A stretch of DNA of 63,310 nt, filler included, from Porpidia crustulata (Eukaryota): assembly GCA_964255105.1 (NCBI GenBank). It is 12 parts of 12 records of this genome, joined end to end, with 100 filler letters (N's around TTAATTAATTAA, not from the genome) between each part and the next. Parts side by side here need not be neighbours in the genome. Positions count along the whole stretch, not along the records: positions 58,143 to 63,310 come from CAXUWE010001893.1; 11 more parts are not named here. One strand, written 5' to 3'. The translations under genes and the position numbers were made by a program. The stretch's first letter is position 1. Each line of letters begins with the position of its first letter. Under the pieces are notes generated by a model. That model did not search any database. It was not told where the DNA came from and was given only the letters and a program-made list of their open reading frames with translations. Below are positions 61,962 through 63,310 of this stretch, piece after piece.

Positions 61962-62672
61962 CCATCTAATGAAGACGCATCCAATGATGACCTACTCCTC
62001 GACGATCCCACGGATCAGGAACTCATTCCACAATTTGTTTTTTAGGTACTCGCTGTCTTTTAGCCCAGGTAAACGGTCCCGAAGCTTTGGAGCAGCAAAC
62101 ATGTCTTAGCAAGCAATTGTACAAATCACGAAGAGTTGCCTCCTTCTACATGCTTGAAAAAAAGAATCTGGAGCGCCCTTAGCGACGAAGATGTTGTAGA
62201 GGTCTAACCTGTTCACACTCGTCCGATGTTTTCTAGATGCATTAGTGTCTTGGCTTCTAAGGCCTTGTTGAAATAGGTGTACTCTGTTGCAGACGTCCCA
62301 ATCTCTCCAAAGCTTAAAATCTCATCTAGGGAAATGTGAATGTATATTATAGGCTTGATACCCGTACGGGAGTTTTTCCCAGATGATTTAGGATCAGCTG
62401 CTCGGAAGACATGTTCAGATAGTGATCAACAGGAATGTGCTCGAGAGAGGTCTCTAATTAAGCCAGTATTAGATGTCTGCTGGAAATGGGAGTTGAGATT
62501 TATACAATCTTTGGGCCAGGTTTTTTTAGAGGAACCCAATCGAAATCTTTCTCCAAACAGATTGAGTTACTGTTCTGCTCCTTCGTCATCTCTCAGCAGC
62601 GTCAAAGCGGGGAGACGTGAGACATTGAACATAAGACCAGGGTATAGTTCACAGCAGTCAATATATCAGTAA
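61962..62672 (+). pseudogene. Possible C-to-T-decayed gene relic
   Basis: One frame reads protein-like for about 236 codons, interrupted by six stops (TAG/TAA/TGA), and continues into ORF 62340-62672. Confidence 0.35.
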
Positions 62673-62753
62673 TTGAGCCATCGCCACCTAGAAGATACAT
62701 GCAAAACCGGTGAGACTGGATAAAAAACAGACTATACGAAGAGCAAGTAGAGT

Positions 62754-63310
62754 CTAAGCACGCAACAATATCTTATGCACCTTCGCAGTATGATTCTTGA
62801 AAGTCGTGACATTTGACAAAACCAATTTGGCTGCCTCGCATCGCGGATGCGGACACGGGACCTGATCATCTGGTTCGAACTCCTTCAAGTGCTTCCCAAC
62901 CTCATCCATCATCTTGCTTGCTCGACAATATTCAAAAGTTCGTTCCTCGTAAGGCTTGCGTTCGTCGCCCAGGCAAAAGATGCATTGCTTCGGCTTGCAC
63001 TCCATGGGAAATTTATCCACGATGTCCTCTTTCAAATCATCTGAAGATAGTTCACTTTCTTCTTTTTCAACGCTCCATTTTGGCTGGCCGCGACGCTGGG
63101 TTTCCTGCCGAATACATAAGGCTGCCAGAGCTTCAATGCCCCTAATCCTTTGAGCAAATATTTCCTGATCTGTGAGGCCGGCTGCTGGGTGGCATATCCA
63201 TCGCACAACCCCGGATCGTTCAGGAATATTATATATACGACGCGCCGCAGATTCCTCACTCACTGTAAGTTTTTGACCCAAAGAGGCGGAGAACTGTGAG
63301 TCAAAGGCGA
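62754..63310 (-). CDS. C-terminus of a probable DUF3435 protein (Starship captain-like tyrosine recombinase), 5' truncated
   Basis: Frame open to the window end; R..IEALAALC..QE, QCIFCLGD......R.F, CPHPRC....L.....FKNH..KVH Zn-binding tail resembling DUF3435 proteins. Confidence 0.7.
   Translation of the reverse strand, partial: AFDSQFSASLGQKLTVSEESAARRIYNIPERSGVVRWICHPAAGLTDQEIFAQRIRGIEALAALCIRQETQRRGQPKWSVEKEESELSSDDLKEDIVDKFPMECKPKQCIFCLGDERKPYEERTFEYCRASKMMDEVGKHLKEFEPDDQVPCPHPRCEAAKLVLSNVTTFKNHTAKVHKILLRA

Overview
Intron-rich genomic DNA from a filamentous ascomycete (Pezizomycotina, possibly a lichen-forming Lecanoromycete). It is not one locus. Twelve unrelated contigs of about 5.2 kb, sorted by decreasing length (5201, 5200, 5197, 5186, 5184, 5184, 5182, 5181, 5179, 5178, 5170, 5168 bp), are joined by an artificial 100-bp spacer N44-TTAATTAATTAA-N44, so adjacency across spacers means nothing. 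Most contigs carry housekeeping genes: PHO91/87, MNN11, mitochondrial AAT, 3-hydroxybutyryl-CoA dehydrogenase, TOF1, a EutQ-like cupin, DUF3237, ARG82, ARB1, ZTA1, HNT3, a CCCH protein, IRC22, VPS25, RTT107, an alpha/beta hydrolase, ECM31, UBC8, exgD and RAX1. The first and last contigs are accessory. Contig 1 holds a disrupted NACHT NLR. Contig 12 holds a TPR gene with near-identical 126-bp repeats fused to an unnamed C-terminal membrane module, a C-to-T-decayed relic, and the 3' end of a probable DUF3435 (Starship captain-like) gene. Highlights are the candidate Starship segment carrying immune-type cargo, and an apparent single-nucleotide exon in UBC8, with 3-nt microexons in both UBC8 and AAT1. 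All family assignments come from recalled motifs, not database searches.
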